Positions 20,656 to 30,387 of a DNA stretch of 64,000 nucleotides are shown in pieces; within the stretch, counting starts at the first letter, position 1; every line of letters begins with the position of its first letter. A model generated the notes under the pieces. It did no database searches. It was not told the DNA's origin and was given only the letters and a program-made list of their open reading frames with translations. The stretch covers positions 9,840 through 73,839 of the forward strand of contig DATDWP010000028.1 of NCBI GenBank assembly GCA_035289625.1, given 5' to 3'. The translations under genes were made by a program, and so were the position numbers. The DNA comes from an archaeon. GTDB lineage: Archaea > Iainarchaeota > Iainarchaeia > Iainarchaeales > Iainarchaeaceae.

Positions 20656-20928
20656 GTGATTAATATGCCAGATAAAACATTACTAATTGTTAGAATAAAT
20701 GCAAAAGATATGGAAAAACTTGATGAAACAGTTGAGGCAATTAAGGGAATAAAGAGCGGGGCTGTAAAGGATGTTCGAAAAGAACCCATTGGTTTTGGAG
20801 TCCAGATCATAAAAGCAGGAATATTGATTGATTCAAAAGACCAATCACTCCCGGAAAAAGTGCTAACAGAAATAAACGCGCTAGCAGAAGTTGAAGATGC
20901 TGAAATTGAAGGCATGACACTACTCTAA
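20656..20928 (+). CDS. ef1b: translation elongation factor aEF-1 beta
   Basis: ~90 aa; EPIGFGVQIIKAGILIDSKD...EVEDAEIEGMTLL matches the aEF-1beta pattern. Confidence 0.8.
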   Translation: MINMPDKTLLIVRINAKDMEKLDETVEAIKGIKSGAVKDVRKEPIGFGVQIIKAGILIDSKDQSLPEKVLTEINALAEVEDAEIEGMTLL

Positions 20929-21002
20929 CTTCTAATTTTATTTACTAAAAAGGGCGGAATTCCTTTTTCTTTTAAATTTATTGCACTGTTTTGGGCTATT
21001 TA

Positions 21003-21401
21003 CTATTTGGAAGATGTACTGCCAGATTTTATTCGTTTATAGGTCGAAAAAAGAAAATTTGTAGTTGTTATTGTATAGAGAATGAGTGCTAGCAAAAAGA
21101 AAAGCGGATTTGAATAACCCACTATAAACATCATAACAAATATTGCAAGAAGCAAATTTTTTGAAACAAACATCTCAACTCCCGATATAACAAACCACAT
21201 TGCAATAAAAGTGGTTGCGAGGAAAAAATCATTTATTACATAGGAGATGAAAAAATAGCCAATTAGCACTGCCGCAAAATATAATTGGCCGTTGCCCTTG
21301 CGCGTGAAAATATTTACAACAATTGCAAGATAGATCAGCGCGGTTATCACTAACTTGAAGATTTCAAGCCCTGCTTCAAAAATCTGATCGGACATCAGCA
21401 C
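21003..21401 (-). CDS. polytopic membrane protein, hypothetical
   Basis: Four predicted TM helices; no motif. Confidence 0.35.
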   Translation of the reverse strand: MLMSDQIFEAGLEIFKLVITALIYLAIVVNIFTRKGNGQLYFAAVLIGYFFISYVINDFFLATTFIAMWFVISGVEMFVSKNLLLAIFVMMFIVGYSNPLFFLLALILYTITTTNFLFSTYKRIKSGSTSSK

Positions 21402-21558
21402 AATAAGAAGTGGGAATTATTATTAGTTGCCAAGACCTATTTCTACATAACCCTACCCTGGGCGTTACCCCTTTTGGAAAAAATTAAAAATCACTGCTCC
21501 GTTGGCTTGCATTTTCCCCACTTACAATATATATTCTTTCTTAGGAAAATTAGTTCAG

Positions 21559-23610
21559 ATGATCAAAAGCATTTATTTGGAAAACTGGAAAACCCATTTG
21601 AAGAGCCAATTTGAATTTGCCAAAGGCACGAATGTAATAGTTGGAATATCCGGGGCTGGAAAAACATCAATAACCGATGCAATATCCTACGCGCTATACG
21701 GAACATTCCCCTCACTTGCAGCCCGCAAAGTGAGCCTTGAAGAAACCATAATGTCAAAACCACTAAAACAACAAACAACAACAATAAGGCTAGAATTTGA
21801 TTATTCCAATAAGAGCTACCAAATTGAGAGAACTTCTAGAAGAAACGGCATGAGCGAAGCCACCTTGCGGGAAGGCACAAAAATAATTGCAGGCCCTAAA
21901 ACAACAGATGTCACAAAAAAAGTAACTGAAATACTTGAAGTGAATTATGATCTTTTCAGCAGGGCAATATATTCTGAGCAAAACCAAATAGATTTTTTCC
22001 TAAAACTCTCAGCTTCGCAAAGAAAAGAAAAAATCGATGAACTCTTAGGGCTTGATAGGTATGAGCGCGTGCGAACAAATGCAGTGACGCTTCTAAACCG
22101 CATGAAAAAAATCAACGATGACAAAAAGGCATTTTTGCAAGAGCAGCGCAAGAAAATAAACCCTGTGCAAATTAGTGAATATGAATGGAAATTGAAGCAG
22201 AAAAGAGAGGAAATAGCCCAAAAAGAAAAAGAAATGGAAAATGTACAAAAACTCTTTTTACAAAAAGAACTTGCCGCAAAAGAAATTGAAAAAAAAGAAA
22301 AAGAACACAAATCAATACGCGAACTTGAAATATCAAAAAAATCGAAACTTGAATCACTGCAAGCCCAAATAGAGAATGCGCAAAAAAAATCCCAAGGGCA
22401 TGATCTAACAAGCACGCAAGAGGTTTTACTTAAAATGGCAACGGAGCTTGAAAAACTACATCTTGCAAAAAAATCCCTCGAAGACCTTGCAAAGGCAGCA
22501 CAAAGAGAGGAAAATGGAATAGGTGAAAAACTCGCAGTGCAAAAAAACCTGCTTTTATCAAATGCAAAAAGAATGAAAGAAGCAAAAGACCTTGAAGGAA
22601 AATGCCCAATATGCTGCAGGCCGCTTAGCGAACATGACAAAAAAAAACTGGATGAGGAAATAAAAGGGGAAGAGGAGAGCATTTCCAGGCAAAGTATAAT
22701 ACTGCAAAAAGAACTAGAGCAACAGAGCAAAAAATCCAAAGAGATTATTTCCCAAATAGAAAAGAACACGCGGCAATGCGAAGAGCTACGGGAAAAAATA
22801 CAAACTCTAACACGGCTTTTAGAAATAGCACAGGAGATAAAAGATAAAAAATTCCAAAAAGAAAAACTCGAAGAGGAACTTGCAAAAATACACTCCTCAT
22901 TACTTGAAATGAAATTTGATGAAAAAGATGCAATAAAATCTAGGGAGCAATACTACGAGGCGCGAGAGAAGCACTCCAAAATAAAAATTGAAATAAACGC
23001 AACAAAAGAACTTATAGCAGAACTTGAAACTGCAGAGCGAAGAATAAAGGAAATGCAAAGCCAAATTGAAGAATTGGAAGCGCAAACAAAAATATCTGAA
23101 AAGAATATGGAAAAACTCTCAATGTTCACCTCCGCCCTAAAATCAACACAAGCAGAACTTCGCAATGTAATGATAGATACAATAAACCAGGCAATGGAGC
23201 AGCTGTGGCCCAAAATATACCCATACCAAGATATTCTATGCGTAAAACTTACAGTGGATGAGGGGAGCTATGAAATAATGGTAAGGCAGGTTAGCGGAGA
23301 GTGGATTAGAGTTGAAGGCATACTCTCGGGCGGGGAGAGGAGCAGCGCCGCGCTTACACTGCGAATTGCAATTTCACTAGTGCTCACGCAAAACCTTGGA
23401 TGGATAATACTAGATGAGCCCACACACAACCTTGATGTGAATTCGGTAAAGGAACTATCTGAAATGATGAGAAATCATTTGCCACAATTTATTGAACAAA
23501 TATTTATCATAACCCACGAAAAAGAACTAGAGTATGCAGCATCGGGAAAACTCTACACGCTGGAGCGCGAAAAAGAAAGAGACGGAGTTACGAAAATATC
23601 AATTGAGTAG
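21559..23610 (+). CDS. rad50: DNA double-strand break repair ATPase Rad50
   Basis: N-terminal MIKSIYLENWKTH...GISGAGKTSITDAISYALYG Walker A; central coiled coil with zinc hook GKCPICCRPL; C-terminal LSGGERS signature and ILDEPTHNLD Walker B. Confidence 0.85.
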   Translation: MIKSIYLENWKTHLKSQFEFAKGTNVIVGISGAGKTSITDAISYALYGTFPSLAARKVSLEETIMSKPLKQQTTTIRLEFDYSNKSYQIERTSRRNGMSEATLREGTKIIAGPKTTDVTKKVTEILEVNYDLFSRAIYSEQNQIDFFLKLSASQRKEKIDELLGLDRYERVRTNAVTLLNRMKKINDDKKAFLQEQRKKINPVQISEYEWKLKQKREEIAQKEKEMENVQKLFLQKELAAKEIEKKEKEHKSIRELEISKKSKLESLQAQIENAQKKSQGHDLTSTQEVLLKMATELEKLHLAKKSLEDLAKAAQREENGIGEKLAVQKNLLLSNAKRMKEAKDLEGKCPICCRPLSEHDKKKLDEEIKGEEESISRQSIILQKELEQQSKKSKEIISQIEKNTRQCEELREKIQTLTRLLEIAQEIKDKKFQKEKLEEELAKIHSSLLEMKFDEKDAIKSREQYYEAREKHSKIKIEINATKELIAELETAERRIKEMQSQIEELEAQTKISEKNMEKLSMFTSALKSTQAELRNVMIDTINQAMEQLWPKIYPYQDILCVKLTVDEGSYEIMVRQVSGEWIRVEGILSGGERSSAALTLRIAISLVLTQNLGWIILDEPTHNLDVNSVKELSEMMRNHLPQFIEQIFIITHEKELEYAASGKLYTLEREKERDGVTKISIE

Positions 23611-23615
23611 ATAAA

Positions 23616-23810
23616 TTACTGCGCTTTTGCTTTTGCCTTCTTTCTTGTCAAAAACCCTGCAACCAAATTGCGCTGGGTTGTACTAAGAGGCATTCCTATA
23701 GAATCGACAAATTTTTTATTCTGAGTAAAATCCACACTTACCTGATCGGGATAAGTTTGCATAATCACATTTGCCGTGCTCTTGACTTTTTGCGGAACTG
23801 CTTTTCCCAT
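23616..23810 (-). CDS. rps17e: 30S ribosomal protein S17e
   Basis: MGKAVPQKVKSTANVIMQTYPDQVSVDFTQNKKFVDSIGMPLSTTQRNLVAGFLTRK matches the S17e consensus. Confidence 0.8.
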   Translation of the reverse strand: MGKAVPQKVKSTANVIMQTYPDQVSVDFTQNKKFVDSIGMPLSTTQRNLVAGFLTRKKAKAKAQ

Positions 23811-24017
23811 CTAATTCCCCTCAAATCTTTCAACATGCCCATCCGGAAATTCCCTTAGAACAGTAATCGGAATCACTTTCTTTTCAAGTTCTATTTTTGC
23901 AACTTCAAGAGCATTAGCGCCTTTTGGAGCCTTTGCAAGAGCAGGAGCTCCAAGAGATAATTGAAGAGCACGCGCGCTAATTAGGCGGGTCTTCTCAAAA
24001 CGGGTCAATCTCACCAT
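23811..24017 (-). CDS. rpoK: DNA-directed RNA polymerase subunit Rpo6 (RpoK)
   Basis: LTRFEKTRLISARALQLSLGAP core motif of Rpb6/RpoK. Confidence 0.8.
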   Translation of the reverse strand: MVRLTRFEKTRLISARALQLSLGAPALAKAPKGANALEVAKIELEKKVIPITVLREFPDGHVERFEGN

Positions 24018-24085
24018 AAAAACACTTAAAACAAGGATAAGCCAGTAGTAACTCTTCCACGCAAAGAAATATAAAGCTTAAGTCT

Positions 24086-25591
24086 TTAGAACCGAAGGGC
24101 CCGAACCCCTATAAGACGCCTATCCACACTATACAAATCGGAAAAGCTCTTTAGCACCCCAATTAGCGATTGCGAATCAACCAAGATGCGCGAAAAATTA
24201 GGCGAAGAACTAGGAGTATTTGCGCCCACTAGTGCAACCTGCTCAAAATCCCTCAAAACCCCGCCATTTATTGACTGTATTGCAATTGCAACACTTTTCT
24301 GGAAAAATCCGCAATCCTTACTTGTGAGAATTTGGGGCAGGGAAGTTAGAATTTGCGAGATATTTTTATTTAGAATTTTACTATAAAAAAATGAAGGGCT
24401 TGATTCGATTTGCCGCTGGTAAAATAGGCCATGCGAAGCAACGCTACTGGCCTGCTCAAGCTCTAGCCCAGATTTTGCCAAAAGAAGAATGGATTTTAGC
24501 GATTGCACCTGCTCTGAAAGAGCGCTTTCATTTTGCAAACAAGCCCACATTGGTTTTGAATCTGAAAGTATTTGGACAGAATTTTGCTTTGCCAGCTGCA
24601 GAGCGTCACATAGCAAAATGAACTCCTCACTATTTCTACCAAATGGCCCTATAGGGTAAAAATCATACGAATACTCCGATCTTCTTGCAATCCGCTTTTC
24701 CTTTAGCGCCTTTGAATTGTGAAAATCTTCCGCCCAAATCGGGGAAAGAGAATTGAAGTAAAAACCATCGCAGAGAAATTTCACCTTCACAAGGCTTGAT
24801 GGCAAAACATTCTTATGCGAAATTGATAATGGAGCGCAGCATTTACAATTTAGGGTTTCAAACCCAATATTATTGAAAGGCATTGAGCACATCAGGCAAA
24901 CAATCATTGAAAGATCAATTTCAGATTTTCCCCGGTGCGCCCTTGGAATTTGTGTCTTGCCTTTTTTTTCCAAAACAAGAGGGATTTTTGAAGCAAAAAA
25001 AGAATTTTCAGCAAAAACTTCACCCAGCTCTTTTGGCGCATCCCTTCCGACAAGCGGTATTTTGAGAAGACGCGAGCGCACAATTTTTTCCACCATCTCT
25101 TTTGCAATATTTTTATCTACTACCAAAAGATCCTGCACTGTTTTTTTCAAAGATTCTGAGATAAAATCAAGTTCTACATCAGGAAATTCGCACGAATTCA
25201 CCAGTTCTGGTTCGCCTGAGGAGAAAGAAAAAGAATCAAAATACCCCCACCCTTTTTCGATCAAAAATTGCCGCTCTGGTTCTATCAGATTTACATGCAC
25301 CCCAAAATAAGTGTCAAGAAGATTTGCCACTACTTTTAGATCTGAAAAAGTTGCAGCAAAAATCACCGCAACATCCCCATCAATATCTGCTTTCACACGC
25401 TGCAAATCGTGCTTTGATAAAACTTCCCTAAAAAGCTGCGCTGAAATTCCCCTTAGAGGAAAGTACATTTTCGGGAAGAAAGAGTAGCGTTTTGTGATAC
25501 GCTCTTTTTTGGAAGAAAACTCTGCTAAAACCTGCCTTTTTTGCGCAGAATAGCTAACTCTACAAAGAAACATGTGTGTGCTTGGGAGCAT
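24086..25591 (-). CDS. hypothetical 501-aa protein with Cys cluster
   Basis: No recognisable family; CLMCSMPFNNIGFETLNCKCC cluster; same strand as rpoK-rps17e. Confidence 0.4.
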   Translation of the reverse strand: MLPSTHMFLCRVSYSAQKRQVLAEFSSKKERITKRYSFFPKMYFPLRGISAQLFREVLSKHDLQRVKADIDGDVAVIFAATFSDLKVVANLLDTYFGVHVNLIEPERQFLIEKGWGYFDSFSFSSGEPELVNSCEFPDVELDFISESLKKTVQDLLVVDKNIAKEMVEKIVRSRLLKIPLVGRDAPKELGEVFAENSFFASKIPLVLEKKGKTQIPRAHRGKSEIDLSMIVCLMCSMPFNNIGFETLNCKCCAPLSISHKNVLPSSLVKVKFLCDGFYFNSLSPIWAEDFHNSKALKEKRIARRSEYSYDFYPIGPFGRNSEEFILLCDALQLAKQNSVQILSDSKPMWACLQNESALSEQVQSLKSILLLAKSGLELEQASSVASHGLFYQRQIESSPSFFYSKILNKNISQILTSLPQILTSKDCGFFQKSVAIAIQSINGGVLRDFEQVALVGANTPSSSPNFSRILVDSQSLIGVLKSFSDLYSVDRRLIGVRALRF

Positions 25592-25704
25592 AGCACACTT
25601 GCGGAACCTGCTTTAAAAAGCGTTTGGAGAGGGACCTCATTGCCGGTGCCAAACAAAAATTTTCCCCATTAACAACAAAATGTTGCCCCAATGTTAAGGA
25701 TGGC

Positions 25705-26310
25705 TCATTTTCGTGCCGCTCTTCTTTTCAAAATTTCATACGCGAGCGGAACAATTGATAGCACAATTATTCCAATTATTACAAGGGTTAGCATTTCCCC
25801 GGCGTTTGGCAAAAGGCTCCCTAAAAAATATCCACCGAGAACAAAAATAAGGGTCCAGAGAATTCCTCCTGCTATATTGTATGTTACAAAAGTTTTGTAA
25901 TCCATTCCCCCAATCCCTGCAACAATTGGGGCAAATGTCCTAATTGCCGGAACAAACCTTGCAAGCACGATTGTTTTTTTCCCGTGCTTTTCATAAAACC
26001 CCTGCGCTTCTTCAATATGCTTTGGGTCAAAAAAGAAAGAGCCCGGTTTATTGAATAATTTTTTGCCAAAGTTAGCGCCTGTCCAATACCCAACTTGGTC
26101 TCCTGCAATTGCGCAAATTGCAACGCCCAATAGCACAATTTTTAGATCAAAAAAACCTGTTGCAGCCAAAATTCCGGCAGTAAAGAGCAGCGAATCCCCT
26201 GGCAAAAAAAATCCGAAAAAAAGCCCGGATTCAGCAAAAACAATTGCAAAAAGTGCCAGATATCCAGAGCCTAAGAGCAGCCCTTGGATAGATTCTGAGA
26301 GATCGAGCAT
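25705..26310 (-). CDS. DedA/SNARE-associated family membrane protein
   Basis: FGFFLPGDSLLFTAGILAA DedA signature; 201 aa. Confidence 0.75.
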   Translation of the reverse strand: MLDLSESIQGLLLGSGYLALFAIVFAESGLFFGFFLPGDSLLFTAGILAATGFFDLKIVLLGVAICAIAGDQVGYWTGANFGKKLFNKPGSFFFDPKHIEEAQGFYEKHGKKTIVLARFVPAIRTFAPIVAGIGGMDYKTFVTYNIAGGILWTLIFVLGGYFLGSLLPNAGEMLTLVIIGIIVLSIVPLAYEILKRRAARK

Positions 26311-26349
26311 AAACTAAAAATTTGCACTGAAACATTTAACAAACGAACT

Positions 26350-29300
26350 TTAGAGCAAATCCTCAATATCTTTTGAAGCAGCATCCTTTGTATCCTCAAA
26401 ATCAACTGCCGCCTTTTCAAGTGTTGTCTCATGGCGCGAATCTTGCGAGAGCTTTTTTCTCACCTTGAAAAAAACAGGAAAGTTCACAGCTTCCCCGACA
26501 ATTAAAGCTTCGCCTGTTCGCATTGTAGTTATCATATCAAGGCTACGCTTATCTAGCCCTTCACTAGTTTTTCCAATATGGTCAAGATCGTAAGGGTTTG
26601 TCACGCGCAATATTATATGAGTGTTGCACTGGGAAAGGGCTGTTGTTGAAAGATTTATCGGGCGCTGGGAAATTAGACAAATTGTTGCCCCGAACTTTCT
26701 TCCCTCGCGTGCAATTGTTTCCAAAATCCCCCTGCTAATTGCACCCTCTTTTGAAACCTTTTCCGGGATGAATTGGTGCGCCTCTTCAAGAACCATTGTA
26801 AAGGGCGCGATTTTTTTGTTCTTTCTTTCATAAAATAATTTTGACGAAAAATACGCAACAATTATCTGCTTTTTTTTCATATCAACAATATCGCTAAGAT
26901 CAACAATTGTAAGCTGCCCAGGCCTTATCAGATCATTAATGCTCGGGCTGTCTGTTTTTGAAAATAACCCAAGCTGCTCAAGTGACATAATCCAACCAAC
27001 AAGTGATTGCTTTGTTGCTTCCTTCATCTCTGTGTCTTTGAAAATTTCCGATTTTACCGCGCTAAAATCAAATGGCCCGAGCCCTTCTTTCATTTCCCTT
27101 TTCAATTTTTCCAAAACGCGCGCAAGATCCCTTTTTTGCGGGGATGTGAGCCCGGGAATAATCGAAGCCAGCATTCCAATTGAGAGCTTTGGGACCCCTA
27201 TCTGAATTTCCGGGGCCCTAATATATCTTGTTTTTGAAGAAAAATCAGCATAGCGAGAATCTGTCGGGGGCTCAGCAAATGAACGGTACTCTCCGTGCGC
27301 GTCCATTACAATTACTGCAATTCTACCATCCTCTTTTTTTCGCGCAAGGAGCTCTTCAAATAAAACAGAAGTTAGATAGCTGTTGTGTACAATAATTTCA
27401 TTTGCTACAAAGTTTGAATTTTCAACTGAAATATCATAAACATATTTATAGGCGGGTTTTATTTTCTGTATGTCTTCTACTGTGTCAAAAAATACATTCA
27501 TTTCACAAAATTTTTTAACTACACTTATCCGTGCTCTTGCATTGATCAAGTTTTGGCTGGATTCTTGTGCAATTTTTTTAAGTGAATCTGCAAAAGACAG
27601 CACCAATGAATTGTCAGCTTGGCCTCTTCCTTTTGAATGGCTATAGAGAAATTGTTTGTAACACCCATTAGTTTTGCACAATCCCTCGGTTGAATAACCC
27701 AAAGACTCGCAAAAAGCCTTAATTTCAGAAAGAGCCTTGTTTCTATCATCAGAACACACCCTTTCAAGGCCATTTAAGTTCCCACCCTTTATCTTTAACA
27801 CATTTTTTGCAAGAATGAAAGTCGTATTTTTAGGGGATGTTATTTCCCGAACAACCCTTCTTGCAGTGGTGCTTGACACCCCACTACCGGCAGCAATTTG
27901 ATTAAAATCAAGACCCTCAGAATATGCAGTTTTTAGTATTTCAAGAGCGTTCTGCTCAGATATAGGAATCAATGTTTCAAATACTGAATTTATTTTTACC
28001 AATGTATTTTCAATCTCTTCTGCCCGTTTTTCAAAAAGCCCAATAAGCACTCTCAAACTTTCCCTCGAAGGATTATCCTTACGGTAAAGGTAATTATTTA
28101 TGCCTGAAGACTCTTTTTGCGGCTGTGGCATTCTTAGCAATGAAAGTATTTCCGCAAGATGCGTATGTGTATGCGGTACAACATCAATATTCGTGTTGGG
28201 TTTTGTATGAACCCATTTATCCAATGCGGATTTTTTGTAATCTATCAGCAGGTTTAAATCGTGCAATTTGCGTATTTCCCCCGAGCCACTCACTAAAACT
28301 CTCTGGTATTCTTCCCCATCCACTATTTTGACACTGCGAAGCGTTATGACCCCTAACTTCGTAAATATTTCCTCTACCCCATCAGCTAGCCTTTTGCCGG
28401 CAACTGTTACATCTAACTCTGATTTATCCGGGTTTACATACCCATCACAATCGATAAAAGCCGAGATAAAATTTTTTAGGACATTTTTTTCACTTTGGAG
28501 AATTTCATCCGGAATGAATTTTGTCCAACTTGATTTGGTAAAACCATAGCCATTTAGGCATCGTGCGAGGACAATAGAATCTATTAATAATTCCCCTTTG
28601 GATTTGGCCTTTTTCACCCTGAGAGCAAATTTTTCTTCACAAATATCGGTAAAGTCTTTTTGTATTAGCTGATTTTCATTCGAGAAATTCATCCTCGATT
28701 TAAGCGTATTATGGCCTTCGGCAATAAGGTAGGCCATAAGTCTTGCAAAGCGTTCATCAACAGAATATAAAAGTTTGGTCGAAATCTTCGACTGTTTTTG
28801 GATAGCATATCCATCTTCCATCTTAACCCCCTTGAATTTTGCAGCTGAAGCAGTGAAATCTATTTGGGACTTTTTCCCAACCCAATCTACTCTTGGCAAA
28901 AATACATAATCATTTACCGAAATATTTTGTGCTTCTTTCCATTCAATTGCCCCGTTAAATACAGGCACCAAATGTTCTGGCGTCACCTCAATTTCTTTTC
29001 CAGTCCTTGTTTTTATCCGAATGGCATTTTCCGGAGCCTTTCTCCTATAATACCCAAGTATTTTCCCCGGAACTACCTTATTGACAGACTCTGAAAGCGC
29101 ATACGCCCTCAAATCAAAATCCTCTTCCCAAAACTCTACTCCATTTTCAACTTTCTTATTTTTTTCCAACACAGAATCTACAATCCCACCAATGGTTTTC
29201 TGTGCGCTATTCTCAAGCAATATTTTCGTGTCAGGTTTTACACATTTACCGGCACCAGACATCGCCAAAATCGCAAGGTGCTTTTGGAAAAGGCGTGAAA

Positions 29301-29799
29301 GATTTAATTTTACCGAAACATCATGATGCTCAATTTCGCCTAGCATTAGCCCTTTTTGCAAATCAAGGCCTAGGAATTTTTCCAAAGTTGCCCTTACTGC
29401 TACGCGCACTTTTGTTCCGGGGGAAGGCGGAAAAGTTGCGCGCCTCATTCTGCCTTCATTATATACACCCAAAGGACGGGTTTTTGCAACCAAATATTCC
29501 CACTCATGAGCAGGAAATTGCTCGAATAATTTTTTTCCGGAAGATTCAAATTCTTTAACACTTTCAAATCTTTCAAAATACCTATTTGTTTTGAGAACAT
29601 CGCCGACAAGGCAAACCATTGTCCCTTCACTATAATCAAGCTCAACAAATTGGCCGCGATGAATTGAACCAGAATATACAACAAAATCCAGTGAACTTGG
29701 GGATGGGCCTTCCATACTGCTAACAACAGTTCCGATTTCACCCTCTTTTAATTGCGGCAGATTTTTTAGCTGCTCATCTGAAATCTGCGTTTCATTCAC
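26350..29799 (-). CDS. herA: HerA-like helicase/ATPase with an intein in the P-loop
   Basis: Exteins (185 + 343 aa) rejoin as ...LAILAMSGAGK|SYLTSVLFEELL (Walker A GAGKS); C-extein has a Walker B/HerA-like core; intein begins with Cys after GAGK and ends VHN|S. Confidence 0.8.
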   Translation of the reverse strand: MNETQISDEQLKNLPQLKEGEIGTVVSSMEGPSPSSLDFVVYSGSIHRGQFVELDYSEGTMVCLVGDVLKTNRYFERFESVKEFESSGKKLFEQFPAHEWEYLVAKTRPLGVYNEGRMRRATFPPSPGTKVRVAVRATLEKFLGLDLQKGLMLGEIEHHDVSVKLNLSRLFQKHLAILAMSGAGKCVKPDTKILLENSAQKTIGGIVDSVLEKNKKVENGVEFWEEDFDLRAYALSESVNKVVPGKILGYYRRKAPENAIRIKTRTGKEIEVTPEHLVPVFNGAIEWKEAQNISVNDYVFLPRVDWVGKKSQIDFTASAAKFKGVKMEDGYAIQKQSKISTKLLYSVDERFARLMAYLIAEGHNTLKSRMNFSNENQLIQKDFTDICEEKFALRVKKAKSKGELLIDSIVLARCLNGYGFTKSSWTKFIPDEILQSEKNVLKNFISAFIDCDGYVNPDKSELDVTVAGKRLADGVEEIFTKLGVITLRSVKIVDGEEYQRVLVSGSGEIRKLHDLNLLIDYKKSALDKWVHTKPNTNIDVVPHTHTHLAEILSLLRMPQPQKESSGINNYLYRKDNPSRESLRVLIGLFEKRAEEIENTLVKINSVFETLIPISEQNALEILKTAYSEGLDFNQIAAGSGVSSTTARRVVREITSPKNTTFILAKNVLKIKGGNLNGLERVCSDDRNKALSEIKAFCESLGYSTEGLCKTNGCYKQFLYSHSKGRGQADNSLVLSFADSLKKIAQESSQNLINARARISVVKKFCEMNVFFDTVEDIQKIKPAYKYVYDISVENSNFVANEIIVHNSYLTSVLFEELLARKKEDGRIAVIVMDAHGEYRSFAEPPTDSRYADFSSKTRYIRAPEIQIGVPKLSIGMLASIIPGLTSPQKRDLARVLEKLKREMKEGLGPFDFSAVKSEIFKDTEMKEATKQSLVGWIMSLEQLGLFSKTDSPSINDLIRPGQLTIVDLSDIVDMKKKQIIVAYFSSKLFYERKNKKIAPFTMVLEEAHQFIPEKVSKEGAISRGILETIAREGRKFGATICLISQRPINLSTTALSQCNTHIILRVTNPYDLDHIGKTSEGLDKRSLDMITTMRTGEALIVGEAVNFPVFFKVRKKLSQDSRHETTLEKAAVDFEDTKDAASKDIEDLL
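27382..29244 (-). mobile_element. intein (621 aa) with LAGLIDADG homing-endonuclease domain inside herA
   Basis: Block A Cys1 (GAGK|CVKPDTKILL); LAGLIDADG-like motifs LMAYLIAEGHN and ISAFIDCDGYV; C-terminal block EIIVHN followed by Ser+1. Confidence 0.75.
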
Positions 29800-29912
29800 T
29801 GCAAATCACCAACCGCAGGCCCTTCATAACCACAATCAGGGCACCTATACTGCCTACCCCCCAAATCCAGAGCTTCCTTCATCTTCTTTGACCTACATCG
29901 CGGGCATATCAT
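29796..29912 (-). CDS. 38-aa zinc-ribbon protein (not in the ORF track)
   Basis: Hand translation MICPRCRSKKMKEALDLGGRQYRCPDCGYEGPAVGDLQ*; two CxxC pairs; its TGA stop overlaps the herA GTG start as GTGA. Confidence 0.45.
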   Translation of the reverse strand: MICPRCRSKKMKEALDLGGRQYRCPDCGYEGPAVGDLQ

Positions 29913-29914
29913 AA

Positions 29915-30385
29915 TTATCTCCTCCTTATAGCAATCCTGGATAAAATTTTCCTTTTTTTCTTTTTAGGTTTTTTAACTCTGTGGTTTATTTCTCTCAAAG
30001 CACGCTTTTTTTTCAAATATTCTCCAATAAAACCATCAGTTGTCACAGAACCCGCATAGCAATGAACATAAATTTTTTTACCTGCAGGAAGAGAGCGAAT
30101 TATCTCAAAAAATTTTAAAAGATCATTTTCTTTAACTGGCGACCCGAGACGCCCAAAACCTACGGCGCCACCAAAATCATAAACTCGCATCCCGTATTTT
30201 GGTGCTACAGCATGATCGACTATCCCTGTAGTACGTCTTCCAGCCATATATCCTATCAAAGAAACTATTGCTACGACACCTTTCTCTTTTAGAAATGCAT
30301 ATTTTGCATTTGTATTTGCAACTCCGCCGGCAAGGACAAAACGATCTATTTCTTTAAACAGGTTTGGCTCCTCCAATTGCACCAT
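29915..30385 (-). CDS. dual-specificity-phosphatase-like protein with atypical P-loop
   Basis: VHCYAGSVTT resembles HCxAGxxR(S/T) but the catalytic Arg is replaced by Thr; Lys-rich tail. Confidence 0.4.
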   Translation of the reverse strand: MVQLEEPNLFKEIDRFVLAGGVANTNAKYAFLKEKGVVAIVSLIGYMAGRRTTGIVDHAVAPKYGMRVYDFGGAVGFGRLGSPVKENDLLKFFEIIRSLPAGKKIYVHCYAGSVTTDGFIGEYLKKKRALREINHRVKKPKKKKRKILSRIAIRRR

Positions 30386-30387
30386 CT

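Noticed and set aside
21945-22769. 274-aa Ser/Phe/Cys-rich minus-strand ORF
   Set aside because: Antisense to the rad50 coiled-coil region; low-complexity mirror of the K/E-rich sense strand
24086-25591. Mre11 assignment for the 501-aa ORF near rad50
   Set aside because: None of the calcineurin-like phosphoesterase motifs (D-x-H, GD-x-x-D, GNH[DE], GH-x-H) are present
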